Below the pieces are notes generated by a model that saw only the letters and a list, made by a program, of their open reading frames with translations, was not told where the DNA came from and ran no database searches. 64,000 nucleotides of DNA, from assembly GCA_964019335.1 (NCBI GenBank), contig OZ025680.1, positions 310,001 to 374,000 of the forward strand, read 5' to 3'. Below are positions 25,661 to 38,353 of the stretch, piece after piece (positions within the stretch are counted from its first letter, which is position 1; every line of letters starts with the position of its first letter). Origin of the DNA: Diplonema japonicum (Eukaryota; Protista; Euglenozoa: Diplonemea). A program made the position numbers and the translations under genes.

Positions 25661-27018
25661 TACTCTTCATCTTCCACTACTTCGTCCTCCTCCACCAGCA
25701 TTTTTGTCCAGTCGTGCGGTTCAAAAGCCGCTCTGAACGCCTTCCTCGCCTCGCTGCCAAGAAGCTTTTCCTTATCGGCTTTAGACAGCCTGCCGCTCAT
25801 CCCAAGCTGAAGCGTCTCACCGCAGACTACCGCGGTGAGGTCTGTGGGGAAGCTTTTTTCATTTGCAACCACATGTGCGTAGCCATGGGTAAGCCCGAAA
25901 CAAACGTGGTAATAAGGGATGTTGGGGGGGATGTACGACTTGAGAGGCTGGCCTTTTGTGGAGATGACCCGTTTATGCGACTGTGCAAACACACTCTCCG
26001 ACTCGTCGATGGCTTTGTAAAAACGAATTTCCAAATCGTCGCATTCTTCTTTCGGCATCGGGATGCACTCAATGAAAGCTTGCCGCCCCTTGTGGAAGTG
26101 AACGGCTAGTTCGGAAAAGACCATTTCACAACCTTCCGCGTCGGCTTTTTGCATCAAGCATTTCTTGAAATTCCGGACCTCTTCCGCTTCATCGTCATCA
26201 AACTGCATTTCGCTTGTTCTATGCTCAACTGTTGTTATGTAACAATGACCTTTTGTGATAGGGTTGAAGACAGGGAGCATTAACAAGGTGCACCTCCCGA
26301 AGGCGATCACATTGTCACGTGAGAACCTCTCTGTTCCGTAGGTGATGAGCGACCCTGCGCCCTGTTGAGGCCGTTTTAGATCAGATGTTTTTTCGTGTTT
26401 GACCTCCGACATGAGGGTCCCAATGCCTTCGTATTCCGTGAACCTGTCATCGGTTGTTGTTTTCTGCTTTTTCTTTGTTGGCTTCTCCACGCCCTTAAGC
26501 ATGGCTTGCCACCTTTCTAAAGTCGTGTCTCTGAGGTGTTCTGGAACAAACATTCCTTGAAATTTCCCATCGTGGCTTACAAGATCCTTCAATGGAGTGG
26601 ACCCTGGGGGTAAACCCTCTTGTTGTTGTTGTGTTGATGGTGAGTTTCCTTCGAGTTTTCCAGATGATGTGAAACGTCCGCCTAAACCAGCTGCGATCAT
26701 GTCCTTGGAGTCCCTCGGGCCTGACCTTTTCCCGTCTTGTTTTTGAAACATTGCTGAGAATTTTTCGGCTCTTGTTGCGGGTGCGGGTGTTGCTTGTGTG
26801 TTTGAAGGGGTGTTGCCGAAGAGAGCGGCCATGAGCTCATCGTCGTTCCCGAGCAACCCTTCCCTCTGTTTGGGAGGCGACGTCGATCGCCCCGAGCTGC
26901 TGTCGCTGCTGCTTCTGCCTCGCTTTCTCTTCTTTTTCTTGTCTTTTTTAGATTTTTTCTTATCCTTTTTGCTTTTCTTCTCGGGTTTGTCCTTTACAAC
27001 AGCAACACTGCCGAACAT
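25660..27018 (-). CDS. CWF19L2: CWF19-like 2 spliceosome-associated protein (CwfJ C-terminal domains), 452 aa
   Basis: GHCYIT..EH, EEVRNFKKCL, IECIPMP, FYKAIDESE, PYYHVCFG..GYAHVV; Lys/Ser-rich N-terminus. Confidence 0.85.
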
Positions 27019-27030
27019 TTTTTTTTTTTA

Positions 27031-28027
27031 ACTTAATTCCGCAAAGTTACATGAGGAAATTTCTAAAGGGCCATAAAAATCAGAAATCACTTTGCCGTTC
27101 ACGAGTAAATGCAAAGTAATAGGCCGAATTTGGCTTAAAAAAGTGCAGTAAATGCAAAGTAAAATCTGATTTTTACTCTGAGCAATTTTCGGGCTTTTTC
27201 GGTATTCGTCTTCATTTTTTGCATCTGGTGGCCGCTAACACCGTCAGTGGTCAGGACCCTCAGCCAGGGTTTCAGGGGTCGAGGGTTCAAGTCCCGAGGG
27301 ACCGTTTTTTTGACCCCGATTTTATCGAAAAAGTTCGAGGTCCGGGATTTGATCTGGCGTCTCCACGACATAACCACTGAGCTACAGCATGTTGCGCATT
27401 TACAAACGTCACTCGACATATAAATTAACTGGTTCGCAAATTATGAGACGTAACCCAACCTGCCCAAAACACAGTCAAGGCATCCGAGGCAAAAGAGGCA
27501 TAAACACACTTTACCAGGTTTCCGGGCCACCAAGCATCACACCTGAGGCCGGAAAATGCCGAAAATTACACTGGCCATGCATACAGGCGTTCTTTTGCAC
27601 GATACCTTGTTGATGAAGGAACCTGCTATTTTGGCTGGAAGTCAGATCTGATCAAACCCCTGCACAAAACCAGCAGTTTCTGAAGAGCGATGATCAAGTG
27701 CCGACACAAATTACACAAAACCTACAGAATTCTGTCAATTTGACATCGTCTTCTCAGGCAATCAGGCTTAGTTTTGACATCAATGTGAATATTTCGCAGA
27801 AGTGAACATAAAGGGTTCACAGTGTCCGAAATTTCCTCATTTAACTTTGCAAAAATTAAGTAAAATATCATACTAAATAAAAATCAGCCAGATTTTTACT
27901 CAGAATTTTTTTTTTCACTCGTTTTTTGTTGAATTTCGCTCGCTTCGCTCGTGAAATTCAACTACTCGTGAAAAAAAAAATTCTTCGTAAAAATCAGGTA
28001 ATCTGATTTTTATTTAGTAAATAGTCA
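27031..28027 (+). mobile_element. Non-autonomous inverted-repeat-plus-hairpin element (element B)
   Basis: Inverted repeats 27031-27062 / 27829-27861 and hairpin 27871-28019; ends TAAATAGTCA. A second, inverted copy lies at 52485-53027. Confidence 0.8.
27232..27311 (+). other. Degenerate tRNA-like / Pol III promoter segment inside element B
   Basis: A-box-like CAGTGGTCAGG (27245), B-box GGTTCAAGTCC (27284-27294) and a T7 run at 27305. No proper cloverleaf. Confidence 0.4.
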
Positions 28028-28212
28028 TTACTTTATTATTCTTTCCCCTTTTCCCCCTTCCTTTCCCGTGAAATAGATAGCTTTCCTCGATCACCCCCCC
28101 CCCAAAAAAAAAAGGGAGAAAAAAAAAAGGAAGAAATACGAATAATACCAAAAAAATAAAAAGACACCTCATCTTTTTTTGTAAAAAAAAAGAGGACGCG
28201 CAAAAAACTCTT

Positions 28213-29019
28213 CTAATCATCAGGAGGGGGCACTGTCTCCGCTTCAAGGTCCATAACCTGGGGAAGGAGAGTGCCCACGCTGCCCTCGAACAATGCAGGA
28301 GGCAGTTCGGGCACAATGATAGCCGGGGTTGGGTAAGGTTCGATAGACGATGCGGCAGAGGGACCGGACGCTGCCGAAGAAGCGCGGGGGGAAGGGGTGG
28401 TGGTGAGGATAGGCCTGGGGGAAGCGGTCAAATTGGTACTGCTGTGGGTATCAAACACCTTCTCGTTCACAAACGAGACCATGGACCTCTTGTATGAGGG
28501 TGCTTTGCTCGGAGCCACCCGCACGGAGTCCTCTGCAAGCACCCTTGGATCCTTGACAAAATTATCCCGAACCGCATCTGTTTTCAAAATCGTTGAATCA
28601 TCCTTACACACATCGATCAAATCGAGTTCAAATATAAGCACTGTTTCCAGCCCGATCTGCGTTCCGGGGATGCTATAAAACCCGTATCCATGGTTAGGGG
28701 AACACAGCAGTTTGCATTTCTGCCCAACGTTCATCCGTAGTAGCGCCCTGTCAAAGCCACGTATCAGCCGCCCTACCCCGACCTTGCTGCGGACCATTGA
28801 GGAAGACGCTACCACTGTACCGTCGGGCAACCAGCAGTGGAACCCGAAACAGCATTCGTCACCTTTGCATGGGAACGCTCTTTCCGATCCGGGTTTGAGC
28901 TCTGTGAGGATAAAACCCAATTCGTCCAGCTCGGTAGGCGATACCTTGTCCATTTTCAAAGGCTCTTTGGCTTTGTATGCAAAACCCGGGCTCTCTCTTT
29001 TCGAGAGCCAGCTCCCCAT
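28213..29019 (-). CDS. FKBP-type PPIase-domain protein with predicted N-myristoylation, 268 aa
   Basis: MGSWLS start after an A-tract; PCKGD..LIRGFDRALLRMNVGQKCKLLCSPNHGYG..LIFELDLI; disordered Pro/Ser tail. Confidence 0.85.
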   Translation of the reverse strand: MGSWLSKRESPGFAYKAKEPLKMDKVSPTELDELGFILTELKPGSERAFPCKGDECCFGFHCWLPDGTVVASSSMVRSKVGVGRLIRGFDRALLRMNVGQKCKLLCSPNHGYGFYSIPGTQIGLETVLIFELDLIDVCKDDSTILKTDAVRDNFVKDPRVLAEDSVRVAPSKAPSYKRSMVSFVNEKVFDTHSSTNLTASPRPILTTTPSPRASSAASGPSAASSIEPYPTPAIIVPELPPALFEGSVGTLLPQVMDLEAETVPPPDD

Positions 29020-29755
29020 TTTTTTTTTTTGTTTTTTTTTTCTTTTTTTTTCCCCCTGTTGCGAATGAAAAAAAAAAAAAAAAAAAAAAAAATGGTAATG
29101 CAACTGAACACAATTTTTTAAAAATTAAATTTTGAATATAGGATAGCCAACGTACGAATGTGTAGGAAGAGGGTGCTGGAGCCAAAAAAAAAAAAAGAAA
29201 AAGAAAAAAAAGAGGAAAAAAAAGGGGGGGCGGGGAGGCAGGGGCCGTAGCAGGAGGGGTTTAGCTGTGAGTTTTTTTTTTTCTTTTTTAAAAATTTGAG
29301 TATAGAGGAGCGAAGGGGAGAGACCACTCTTGAATACGGTTTTTTTTTAAAAGAGAGCCAAGTCAATCCCCATGGGGTTTGCCCGTTGAATCTGCAACCA
29401 TCCTTCCCCCCCCCTTTTTTTTCGAGGGAGGAAGAAAGAAAGAAAAGAAAAAAGATGGGGAATGAAAAAAAAAAGAACGCATTTTTTTTTTATTCCGGTA
29501 CCTCTCTTTTTTTTTCTTGTTTCTTTCTTCTTTTGCTAGATTTTTTGCGCACAAGAATTTCTTTTGTTTTTTTTTATTTTTTCTTTTTTTATAAGAAAAA
29601 ACAAATGGGGGCGGGAGGAGTGAAGAGGGAATGAAAAAAAAAAAAGAAATTGCGAATTCTTTTTTTTTCTTCACTTAAAAAAAATAAATGGATGGGAGAG
29701 AGAAATGGGAAAGGGCGGACTCTTCGTTTAGCCTCGCCCCCAAAAAAAATGAAGG

Positions 29756-29786
<31 letters not shown>

Positions 29787-29910
29787 GAAAAAAAAACCAC
29801 AGGAAAAAAAAAAGAAGAGAACGCACTCGCGAGAAATGGGGAGCAGGGGGGAGTAAAGGAGACACCATCAAAATAAAAAAAAAAAAAAAAAAAAAGAAAT
29901 TCCCGTTCAT

Positions 29911-31302
29911 CTACTGCGTAAACTTCATATCCTCATACCGAGATAACCCGTAAATATTCTTGTTCCTGTCGTACAGACCCTGCAGCTGCTTCATGTACTC
30001 CTCGTGTACCTCGTCAACACGTGCCATCAAAGCAGGGTCTTTGACATTAAACTCCCCCTCCCATTTTTCCACATGGATGGGATCTCCTATAACCGTGGTT
30101 ATCTGCCGCCTGTGGGGCAACAAACCAAAGTGGTAATTGAAAATTCCCCTGCCCATGAATAGAGGAATCGCGAAGCCAAGCTTGTGTTGAATCCACTTCA
30201 ACTTCGAACGGGTTTCAGGGTCGCGGCAGAAAGTTTTGTAAACGTCGTTTTCACCGTATGAGAATGCAGGGACGAGGCAAGACCCGGTTTGCAATGCGAT
30301 TCTTACAAAACCTTTTCGTTTTTTGATGATGAGGTCGAAAGTGCCTGGGGAAGCGTCCAATGCTTCTTCCGCACCGCCGACCACGAGCAATGCTGAATCA
30401 CCGGGTTTTCCCGTTAGTACTTTTCGAAGTGTTCCTCGGGACGCGTCCCCGCACGCGCCTATTCTCACGAGCTCCCTCCACAATGGAAGTTTGAACTGAA
30501 CCCCGAGTGTTTGTACATACATCGTTAATTGCGTGAAAATATCATCCAAACCGTTAGCGTTGGTCGCGAAGTTGATGAACGCTCCGAAAGAATGGACCCC
30601 GTGCGGGTGGAGTACAAACAGGTAGTTTTTCGCGTTTCCGGATTCGTCGAGCTTTTTAAAAAGCGTCGGATTCTCCACCCGGAGCCTTATCGGGAAGTAG
30701 AACGCAAAAACTTTCCAAAACCTCGAGTTTCTGAACCATTTCTTGTGCGATCTCGGGGTACCCGAATGGTAGATATCCCACAGCATCCACAGATTGTACA
30801 TACACAGAACAGGCCATAGCATTGGGATGAAATACATCATAACATATAACGCTAAAAAAACTGGTAGTCCTGTGAAGAAGTTAACGCACATGACGCAGAG
30901 GGTTTGCCATCTGCGGGATGCGGGGATATTCCATGTGTCGCAGGGTACTTCGCTTGTTGCGAAGTTGAGGCCTCTGTCGCCCTTTTTAGGTGGTTCTGAC
31001 GGTCTGTCACCGGAGTGCTGCGGACCTTCTTTTTTTTCTTTTTCGGAAAGAACATTCAGTAGTGATTTGCAGGCGTCGATGTGCGACTGGTTCCCGTCAT
31101 TGCCCGCAGCTTCCGTAACAGCCTCCAGACACTTCTCCATCATCATGATTTCCGCTTTTGAATCAAACATCTCAGGGGGTTCCTCCACCCTCTTCTCCAG
31201 CTCTTTTTTCAACCCTTCGATTAATTGTTTCGCATCTTCAACTGGAAGTTCCCTTATCCCGTCTATTGGAAGACGCGGTTCTTTCTGGTCTTCTTCTGTC
31301 AT
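29911..31302 (-). CDS. DGAT2: Diacylglycerol O-acyltransferase 2 family, 463 aa
   Basis: YFP, HPHG, VGGAEEAL, RKGFVRIAL, LVPAFSYGEND and VIGDPI motifs. Confidence 0.95.
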   Translation of the reverse strand: MTEEDQKEPRLPIDGIRELPVEDAKQLIEGLKKELEKRVEEPPEMFDSKAEIMMMEKCLEAVTEAAGNDGNQSHIDACKSLLNVLSEKEKKEGPQHSGDRPSEPPKKGDRGLNFATSEVPCDTWNIPASRRWQTLCVMCVNFFTGLPVFLALYVMMYFIPMLWPVLCMYNLWMLWDIYHSGTPRSHKKWFRNSRFWKVFAFYFPIRLRVENPTLFKKLDESGNAKNYLFVLHPHGVHSFGAFINFATNANGLDDIFTQLTMYVQTLGVQFKLPLWRELVRIGACGDASRGTLRKVLTGKPGDSALLVVGGAEEALDASPGTFDLIIKKRKGFVRIALQTGSCLVPAFSYGENDVYKTFCRDPETRSKLKWIQHKLGFAIPLFMGRGIFNYHFGLLPHRRQITTVIGDPIHVEKWEGEFNVKDPALMARVDEVHEEYMKQLQGLYDRNKNIYGLSRYEDMKFTQ

Positions 31303-31756
31303 TTTTTTTTTTTTCCTTTTTTTTTTTCCCCCTTTTAGATTTCCCCCCCCCCCAAAAAAAAGAAGGAAAAAAGAAAAAAAAGAAAAAAAAAACCCCCACT
31401 CTTCGTTTTCTTCTTTTTTTTTGTATATCCTCTCCCTCTCCTTTTTTCCCCTCCCAAAAAAAAAAAACCTGTTTTTACCTACATTTTTTTTTTGCTTTCT
31501 TCTTTATTTTGTGTGTGCGAGCGTGTTTCTTCTTTTTTTTTTTCTTCTTTTCATCTCTCTTTTTTTTGTACTAAAAAGGGGGGGAAAGGTTAGTAATTTC
31601 ACGGATGGGTTTTTTTTAAAAAAGAAAAAAAAGGAAGGGGGGGGGGGGGGGGGGACGACGGGAAGAGAACAAAAAAAAAGTACACAAAAAAAAACCTTTT
31701 TCAAAATCACCGTTTTTAATCGAGCCGTAACAGAAACAAAAAAAAAAATCCCCTCC

Positions 31757-31943
31757 CTACTGCTTTCCTGGGTAAAAGGCACTCAAGAAATCATGCAGCG
31801 CAACCCGTACCTCCTGCGACGACTCAACTGGGATTATAGAGATCAAAGGCTTATAGAAATCCTTAGATATGGTTTCAAAGTCAACAGCAGGAAGGCCCAA
31901 CAGCTGCTTGACGATGGCAACTAATGCAGGTTCGAGACAAGGC

Positions 31944-31974
<31 letters not shown>

Positions 31975-34900
31975 GAATTCCTCATTACACATACCTCAGG
32001 CTGTGCTTGATAAATCTCAAGCAGTTCTAGAGAATCAGTCAAAAGGTGACTCCGCGCAAGCTCCCTGAGCCCTGCACCGGTCGCATTGTACGCCTTGAAC
32101 AGAATACCAGTATTTAAAAGAAGCGCCTGGCTACGTCGCCGCCTTACGATGTCAGGGTATTCCTTGCTAAGCTTGCCCCGCCACTCCTGCAACGCTGGTG
32201 AGAAGAACACACTGGCGGTCTGTGCACAGAATTTCACACAGTCATGGATTCCCTTGAAGTCATTGAAGTCCAACGACGCTTCGTTGACCCACTCGAACTC
32301 CCCACCTAGCATCAACGTCTCTAAGATGCTCACAAGCCCCGCCTGCCTTGCGCACCTCATCGACAGATCCTCCAGCAGCACAGACTCTGTCTCGTAGTAG
32401 CTCCCCTCCGAGGATGCTTCCTGTTGTAGTGGGTAACAAAGAAACAAGGAAAAGAATACAAACCTCTTGCCCGTATAATAGGTGGACCCACATGTCGTTG
32501 TCCTCTTGTTGTGCTTGCTGGGGTGTTGTTTTATTTTTTACGTATTTTGTGGATACCTTCAACATCGAGGAGCTGCTTGACCTGGCCACCAACGGAGCTG
32601 CTACAGCCTTCCCTGTCCCCATTCCAGGTGATCCTGGATGAGCCGCCAGTGCCGCTTTATACTCATCAGGACACAGCTCAAGCATGGTTGGGAAGAAGGT
32701 GCCGTCGTTGATAGGGTCGGAGAAGACGATGGTCTTGTCGGTGGCGAAGGGTTGAAGGGGTGTCGTGCGCAGGATGGAGTACTTGAAGAGGGAGCGGAGG
32801 TGCAGGATCACGGGACACCACTCGCCGCGTGTCATGGTGGGCGTCACGGCTTCCAGCAGCTCGGCAAGCTGCTTCATGACAACGTGCACCTGCCGCATGT
32901 TCTTCCTCTTTGCAATCTTGCACAGCACCGCAACTAGAGACGGAACGCATTGCACAAACTCCCGACTGTCACAGTGCACCGCAGCAGGCTGCACGATGAG
33001 CTTCGATATGATCTCCGGCAGCGTTGTATCCGCCCACTCCTTCGGGTTCGCCCTCTCGATTTTCCCCGTCACGTTATGGTGTCTGCAGTGCGAGTACGCC
33101 TCAGCCTTGTTCAGCTGCACATGACTCAGTGGCCGCAGTGTCACTGCCACAATGAACTTTGTGCTCCACGACTCCCACACACCCGCAGGGATCGTCTTGC
33201 TCCTCAAGGACTTCGACAAAGAGGCCACACACCTCTGCCGCACCGTCACATCAGGGTCAAGGAACAGGAAGGAGAAGCCCTCGAACACCCACTCCCACGC
33301 CTGGCGGCAGGTCTCTTCGTCTGCCTGCGATTCTGTCACCCTCACAGGGAACTCGCCTAGTATGTCCGCAAATTTGATGCTTTTCTCCGGCAGCAGCTTC
33401 GTGTCCGACGCGATGAAGGTCAGGCAGTGCACCACCTCCTCCACGTACGGCAGCATGTTCCGGATGTTCTCCTCAGAGATGAGCGTCGTCATGATGGTGG
33501 CTGTCATGTCCAAGGCGAAGGGCTCCTTATGACGCGTGATGCCTGATACAAGGGCTTTCAGGATCACGGGCCACCCGGGGCCAATGAGCTTAGCCTTTGC
33601 CTGGACAAGCTGCAGGAGACACCTTAAAACCAGGTCTCTGACTTGCTTCGTGGGGAGAGATGATACCATGATACCGTGGAAAGGCTCAAGAAGCTCCGGC
33701 TGGATGAGGCACTCGCTGAGCTCTTGCTTTCCCAGCCCCTTGCTGACCAGCTGGCGTAGGTTGTCCACGCCGTACTCGGCGATGTCGCTGTTGGTGTGCG
33801 TGCCCACAGAGACGAAGAGGTGCGCCATCTCCTTCCAGATGGACAGCATCCTAGCGCCCATGTTGTCGGAGGCTACCTCGACCACCTTCTCCAGCAAGAA
33901 GGTCCTTGGGTTCACCATGTTCACCTCCTCGTAAGCCACTGTGCACAGGTGCGTGACGAACTCTTTCAACCCCGCTTGAGAGTGAGAGGTTGAGTGCGAG
34001 ATGATCTTGTGAATGCTGAACTCGTCTATGTTGAGCATCACCTCACGCGCGTTGGCCTGCTCATCCAAGGAAAGGTCTGCAATGGACTTCCTGCGTTGCC
34101 TGTGTTGGTCGGAAGATGTGCGCTGTTTGTGTCTAGCCCCCATGCTGCGAAGATGCTCTACTTCCGAGGCCGTTCGTAGATACGGAAGCCACGACCCGTA
34201 CAGCAGGTCACCATCCACAAAGGGCACTTTGAGGAGGGCTTTGATGACAAGAATATTCTTCTGCCCGATAAGACGGCGTTTTTCAGCGGCATTTGTCATG
34301 GAGCACAAGCACCGGATGTATGCTTCGCGTTCCGTGTGCATCTCGAAGACGGAGGACACGTGCACTCCCTTGCAAAGCCCATCGATGCAAAGCTTCACCA
34401 CATCAGACACGTTGGCTGAGGGAACAGGGTCCTCCGCTTCGAAGTGGCTTGAAAAGCACGCCAACAACGCAGCCCAACACGCACTTAACATAGGTTTGAC
34501 ATGTTCGATATCAGTACCCTGGTAGTAAGGGGTCTGTTTCCGTGTGTGATTCACTATAGAAGATGTCATGTTGATGAGACGCTGGCTCTCGGTGGCGTAC
34601 GCGCTGATCTTCTTGTCACGTTTTGATGTGAACGCGGAGAAGAGCCCACCGCTCTCTGAAGAGGTGTCCTTGACGTTCATGGTTGCCATGTACTGTAGGT
34701 CCTCCATGGGGTAGTTTTGAATATTGTCATAGATGTCGTCAAGATACGTCGCATCGAAGTCCTGGTTGTTGTTCACACCTCGAAACTGCATCTTGAACTT
34801 CTCCTTTGTCATCTTGTTGTCGATTCGTGGGTTGTGGAGGTCAGTGTTTAGCATCACGATGCCGACGGCTAGGACAAAGGCAGCTTCCTCATTCCTACAT

Positions 34901-37491
34901 ACACCGCCTTGGTTCATCTCGTAGAACGTTGCAGCGAAGTACTCCAGAATCCTCTCCACCTTCTGTCCCTCCTTTGGAAGCGATATCTTCTGCAAGAATA
35001 TTTTCACAGCGTTGTCCAAACTCACGTTTGTAAAATCGTTTAGCTGACACCATGCTGCCAGAACATCGACGTTTTGAGGATCACCAAGATACTCACCTAC
35101 AAGACCTCTGTCGATGGCTTGGTATTCATCAAGTGCGCGGGCAATTGATGCGGGCGATGGGTCGGCCAACCCGTTGCTGATTAAAAGTGCGATACCGTTC
35201 TTCGGTTTTGTTGCGAAGGCAAGGGAGACCTGTTCGATGACTCCTTTAAGTTTTCGCTGCTTCTCAACATCTGCGTAGACAGCCAGTGTCACCGTTCTCG
35301 ACGGGGCGGCGGCGGGTTCCGTTGGTTTGCCTTTCTTAATCCATGCTTCGAAACTTTGCAAAACGGTTACTACTGTCTTCAACCCGACAGCCCGCATGGT
35401 CTGGTCCTGCTTGGAGCTCAACCAGTCGACCTCAACATGCGGCGCCATCACGAATCTCGAGAAGCAGTTTATCATTTTTTCAAAGACGTTTTCCTCGTTG
35501 ACATCACAGTCGTAGTTAACGAAGATATCGACGAGAATCTGCGGGGTTTGGACAACCTTTGTCAGCGTGCCCAACACGAGGATCCGTTGGTCGTAGCTGG
35601 CGTGGTTTGACTCCAGGACCTTCAGCACAATGTTGCAGAGCAGCATCCCGATTTCATGCTTCATACAATGCTTGAAACCCACCACCAACACGTAGAAAAT
35701 GTTCAGCGCTGCCTGTATGATCGACGGGACAGGCGACACAACACATTTCACGATTGTCGTCAGAAGAGGTTTCTTAATAGACTCAAGGAAGGCAGGGGTC
35801 TCTTTGAAACCAGGCCCGCACGACGCTACCAATCGTTGAACAAGCTCCAAAGCAGATGTCAAAGTACGCATTTCCGTAGCTTCCACTGGTGTGTACTCTG
35901 TGACTTCGACGGTATCAGTAATGCCGCAGATGAAGCTCATAACATGTGAGGCATCAGAGTGGTGGACGGTCATTTTGGTACCGGGGTGGATCTCTTGGTC
36001 TAATTTGAAAGGGTTTGAAGAAGGTGTTCCTTTTGCAATGTCCCGGCTGACTTCTTCCATTCTTTGGAAGACCCAGTTGATAACTTGAGTTAAGGTGGTT
36101 CTTGCCGTGGCGTTGTGCGGTGGGCCGGTTGATTTTATCGCGATTTGGAATATACACGCTACTGCCATTCGAAGCGTCCAACCGTGTGCCTGGCGTTCTG
36201 TAACGCCGGTCAGTAGTCCTTTAAGGATTTGAAGAGAAACAGATTCTCCTACCGAAGCGCAGCCCACAATGCTGTAGATCATCTCGCTTAATAGTCCGAC
36301 TTTTTTCCCTTTCCAAGGGTGATCTTCCTCCTCCACCTTGGGTGGCATCGGCATTTTCGCCCTCTTCGCGAATGGTATCAACGGGAGGGTCCCTTCTATC
36401 CCATCGGTTATATCCCCGAAGGACATCATCTTCTGCATGCAATCCAACGCCACAGATACCATCTTAGGGTCTCCCGACTCCGACACAGTACGAAGGATGC
36501 ACGTGTACACTTGAAGGGGCTCCGCTTGCAGCGTGCTGTTGTACATTTTAATCGTTTTTGGCATTACTTCAGGTGAGTCGATAAGAGAGATTACCTCGCT
36601 GACCGCTTCCTTGACAGGCAGGTACCTCTTCACGCTTAGGTTCGGGAGGAGCGTCTTGAAGGCTCGGGCAACGAAAAGGCTGCAATCATCTTTCTTCGCG
36701 AAGGTGACTTGTTTTTTAGCAGGTTTAGACTTTTCAACAGGTGCAGAAGGGGTGACTGGTGTTACAGGAGTAACTGGTTGTGCTGGTGACGGAAGGGGCT
36801 CTGATACTATCTCCGTGTTGGCAACACCGTTGCCGTTGGGGGTGTGTGGTTCGGGGTTGCCTTCGGGTTCCTTGTGTTGTTCCTCAAGGTTTGGGTGGCT
36901 TTGTTGTTCTTCCTTTCTATCGTCTTTGCTCTCCTCGTCATGGTGGGGTTGGTCTAGTTCTTCCTTGCCGTCTGGTTGTTCTTGTTCTTCTTTGTCGTCA
37001 TCTTTGCTTTCTGTGTCATCACCGGGTTGATCTTGTTCTTCTTTGTCATCGTCTTTGCTTTCTTCATCATTGCCGGGTTGATCTTGTTCCTCTTTACCAT
37101 CGTCTTTGCTTTCTTCATCATCGCCGGGTTGATCTTGTTTCTCTTTGCCATCATCTTTGCTTTCTGTGTCATCGCCGGGTTGATCTTGTTCTTCTTTGTC
37201 GTTAACTTTGCTTGCATCGTCTTGCGCTTCTTCTCTGGCGTCTCCTTGTTCTTTATCGTGCCCGGTTTCTTCTTCTGTTTCGTGTTGTTCTTGATTTCCG
37301 GATGGTTTTTCGATTCCTTCGTCTTGAGGGATTTCCTTCTTTATAGCCGCAGGTTCATCATTCCCCTCTTCCTCAACCGTGCCACTACTTGAACTGCCTG
37401 TATCACTGCTTCCAGTGTCACTGCTGTCGTCGCTGCTGCTGCTGAACTCCTCCTCTGGTTTTTGCTCAACTTCCTTTTGTTCTTCCGACAT
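31757..37491 (-). CDS. SEC7: BIG/Sec7-type large Arf guanine-nucleotide exchange factor, ~1879 aa; exons 37491-32464, 32420-31995, 31942-31757
   Basis: DCB (ALDCMQKM), HUS box FVNYDCD, Sec7 motifs LPKEGQKVERILE and IVMLNTDLHN, HDS region. Two GT-AG introns (43, 52 nt) restore the C-terminus EVRVALHDFL. Confidence 0.92.
36940..37200 (-). repeat. Coding 51-bp tandem repeat (KEEQDQPGDDTESKDDG) in the acidic Sec7 N-terminus
   Basis: About 4-5 units visible in DNA and protein. Confidence 0.9.
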
Positions 37492-38353
37492 TTTTTTTTT
37501 TCCCCCTCCTCCGACCCACCCTCTCCACTTTTATTTTTTGTTGTTTGTTTCCCCCCCCCCCCCCCCCCCCACGCACTTGCAAATTTGAAACGAGAGCTCA
37601 AAAAAAAAAGAAGAAAGAAACGTGTCCGATTTGCTGTAATAAGTAAATATAAAAGAGGATATGTACTAAAGAAAAAAAGAAGAAGAAAAAAAAAAGGAAA
37701 GAAAGAAAGGACAGACGAGAAGACGGGGATGGGGTGGAAAAACCGCAAGAAATAATTTTATAAAAAAAAAAGCCATCTCTTTGAAAAGATAACGGTGACA
37801 AGGCTTCTTTTTCTTTTACCCTCCCCCCCAGAAAATAGTGCCAAAGGTCCGTTAGCTACGCACGCAGAACAAAAGCGGGGGGGGGGGGGGAAGGGAGAGG
37901 AAAAATAATAATTTGCACACGATGGGTTCAAAAAAGGTCCCTTCCTAAAAAAGTAAGATTTATACCGCAAGATGCACTTTTTTTTTTTCTTGTTTTTTTT
38001 TTCTTCCTCCCTTCCACCCACTGCCTTCTTGGGATTGGTTCCCCCCCTTTTTTTTTCGTTTCTATAATGACCCCTTCAAATAAAACTCCTTTCTTATAAA
38101 AAAAGAGCTTCTTCACTCTCCTCCGGACCGAACAGCAAAGCAACATAAAAAGAAAAGCTCCCCCCCCCCAAAAAAAAGAGCACGGGTTAGGACAGGGTTT
38201 CTTTTCCCTCCCATCTTAACGTTTTACCCTTTACCCCCCCGTCATTTTTTATTTTTTTCTTTTTTTTCTTCCCCCCCGCTTTGAAGGTTAGATTCAATAA
38301 GATTTCCTCCACTCACCAACTTCCTCCACCCCCCCCCGACTTATTTTGCCCTT

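Noticed and set aside
25655-25665. Possible GTAAGT donor overlapping the CWF19L2 stop, which could fuse it to PP2C
   Set aside because: CWF19L2 appears complete and PP2C has its own ATG at 25464; there is no support without RNA data.
27232-27311. Functional tRNA gene
   Set aside because: The acceptor, anticodon and T stems do not pair properly; kept only as a tRNA-like relic.
32260-32463. ORF-track C-terminus of Sec7, and likewise the tracked ends at 13125, 21680, 39231 and 45180
   Set aside because: These are read-through into introns; spliced models give better-formed termini.
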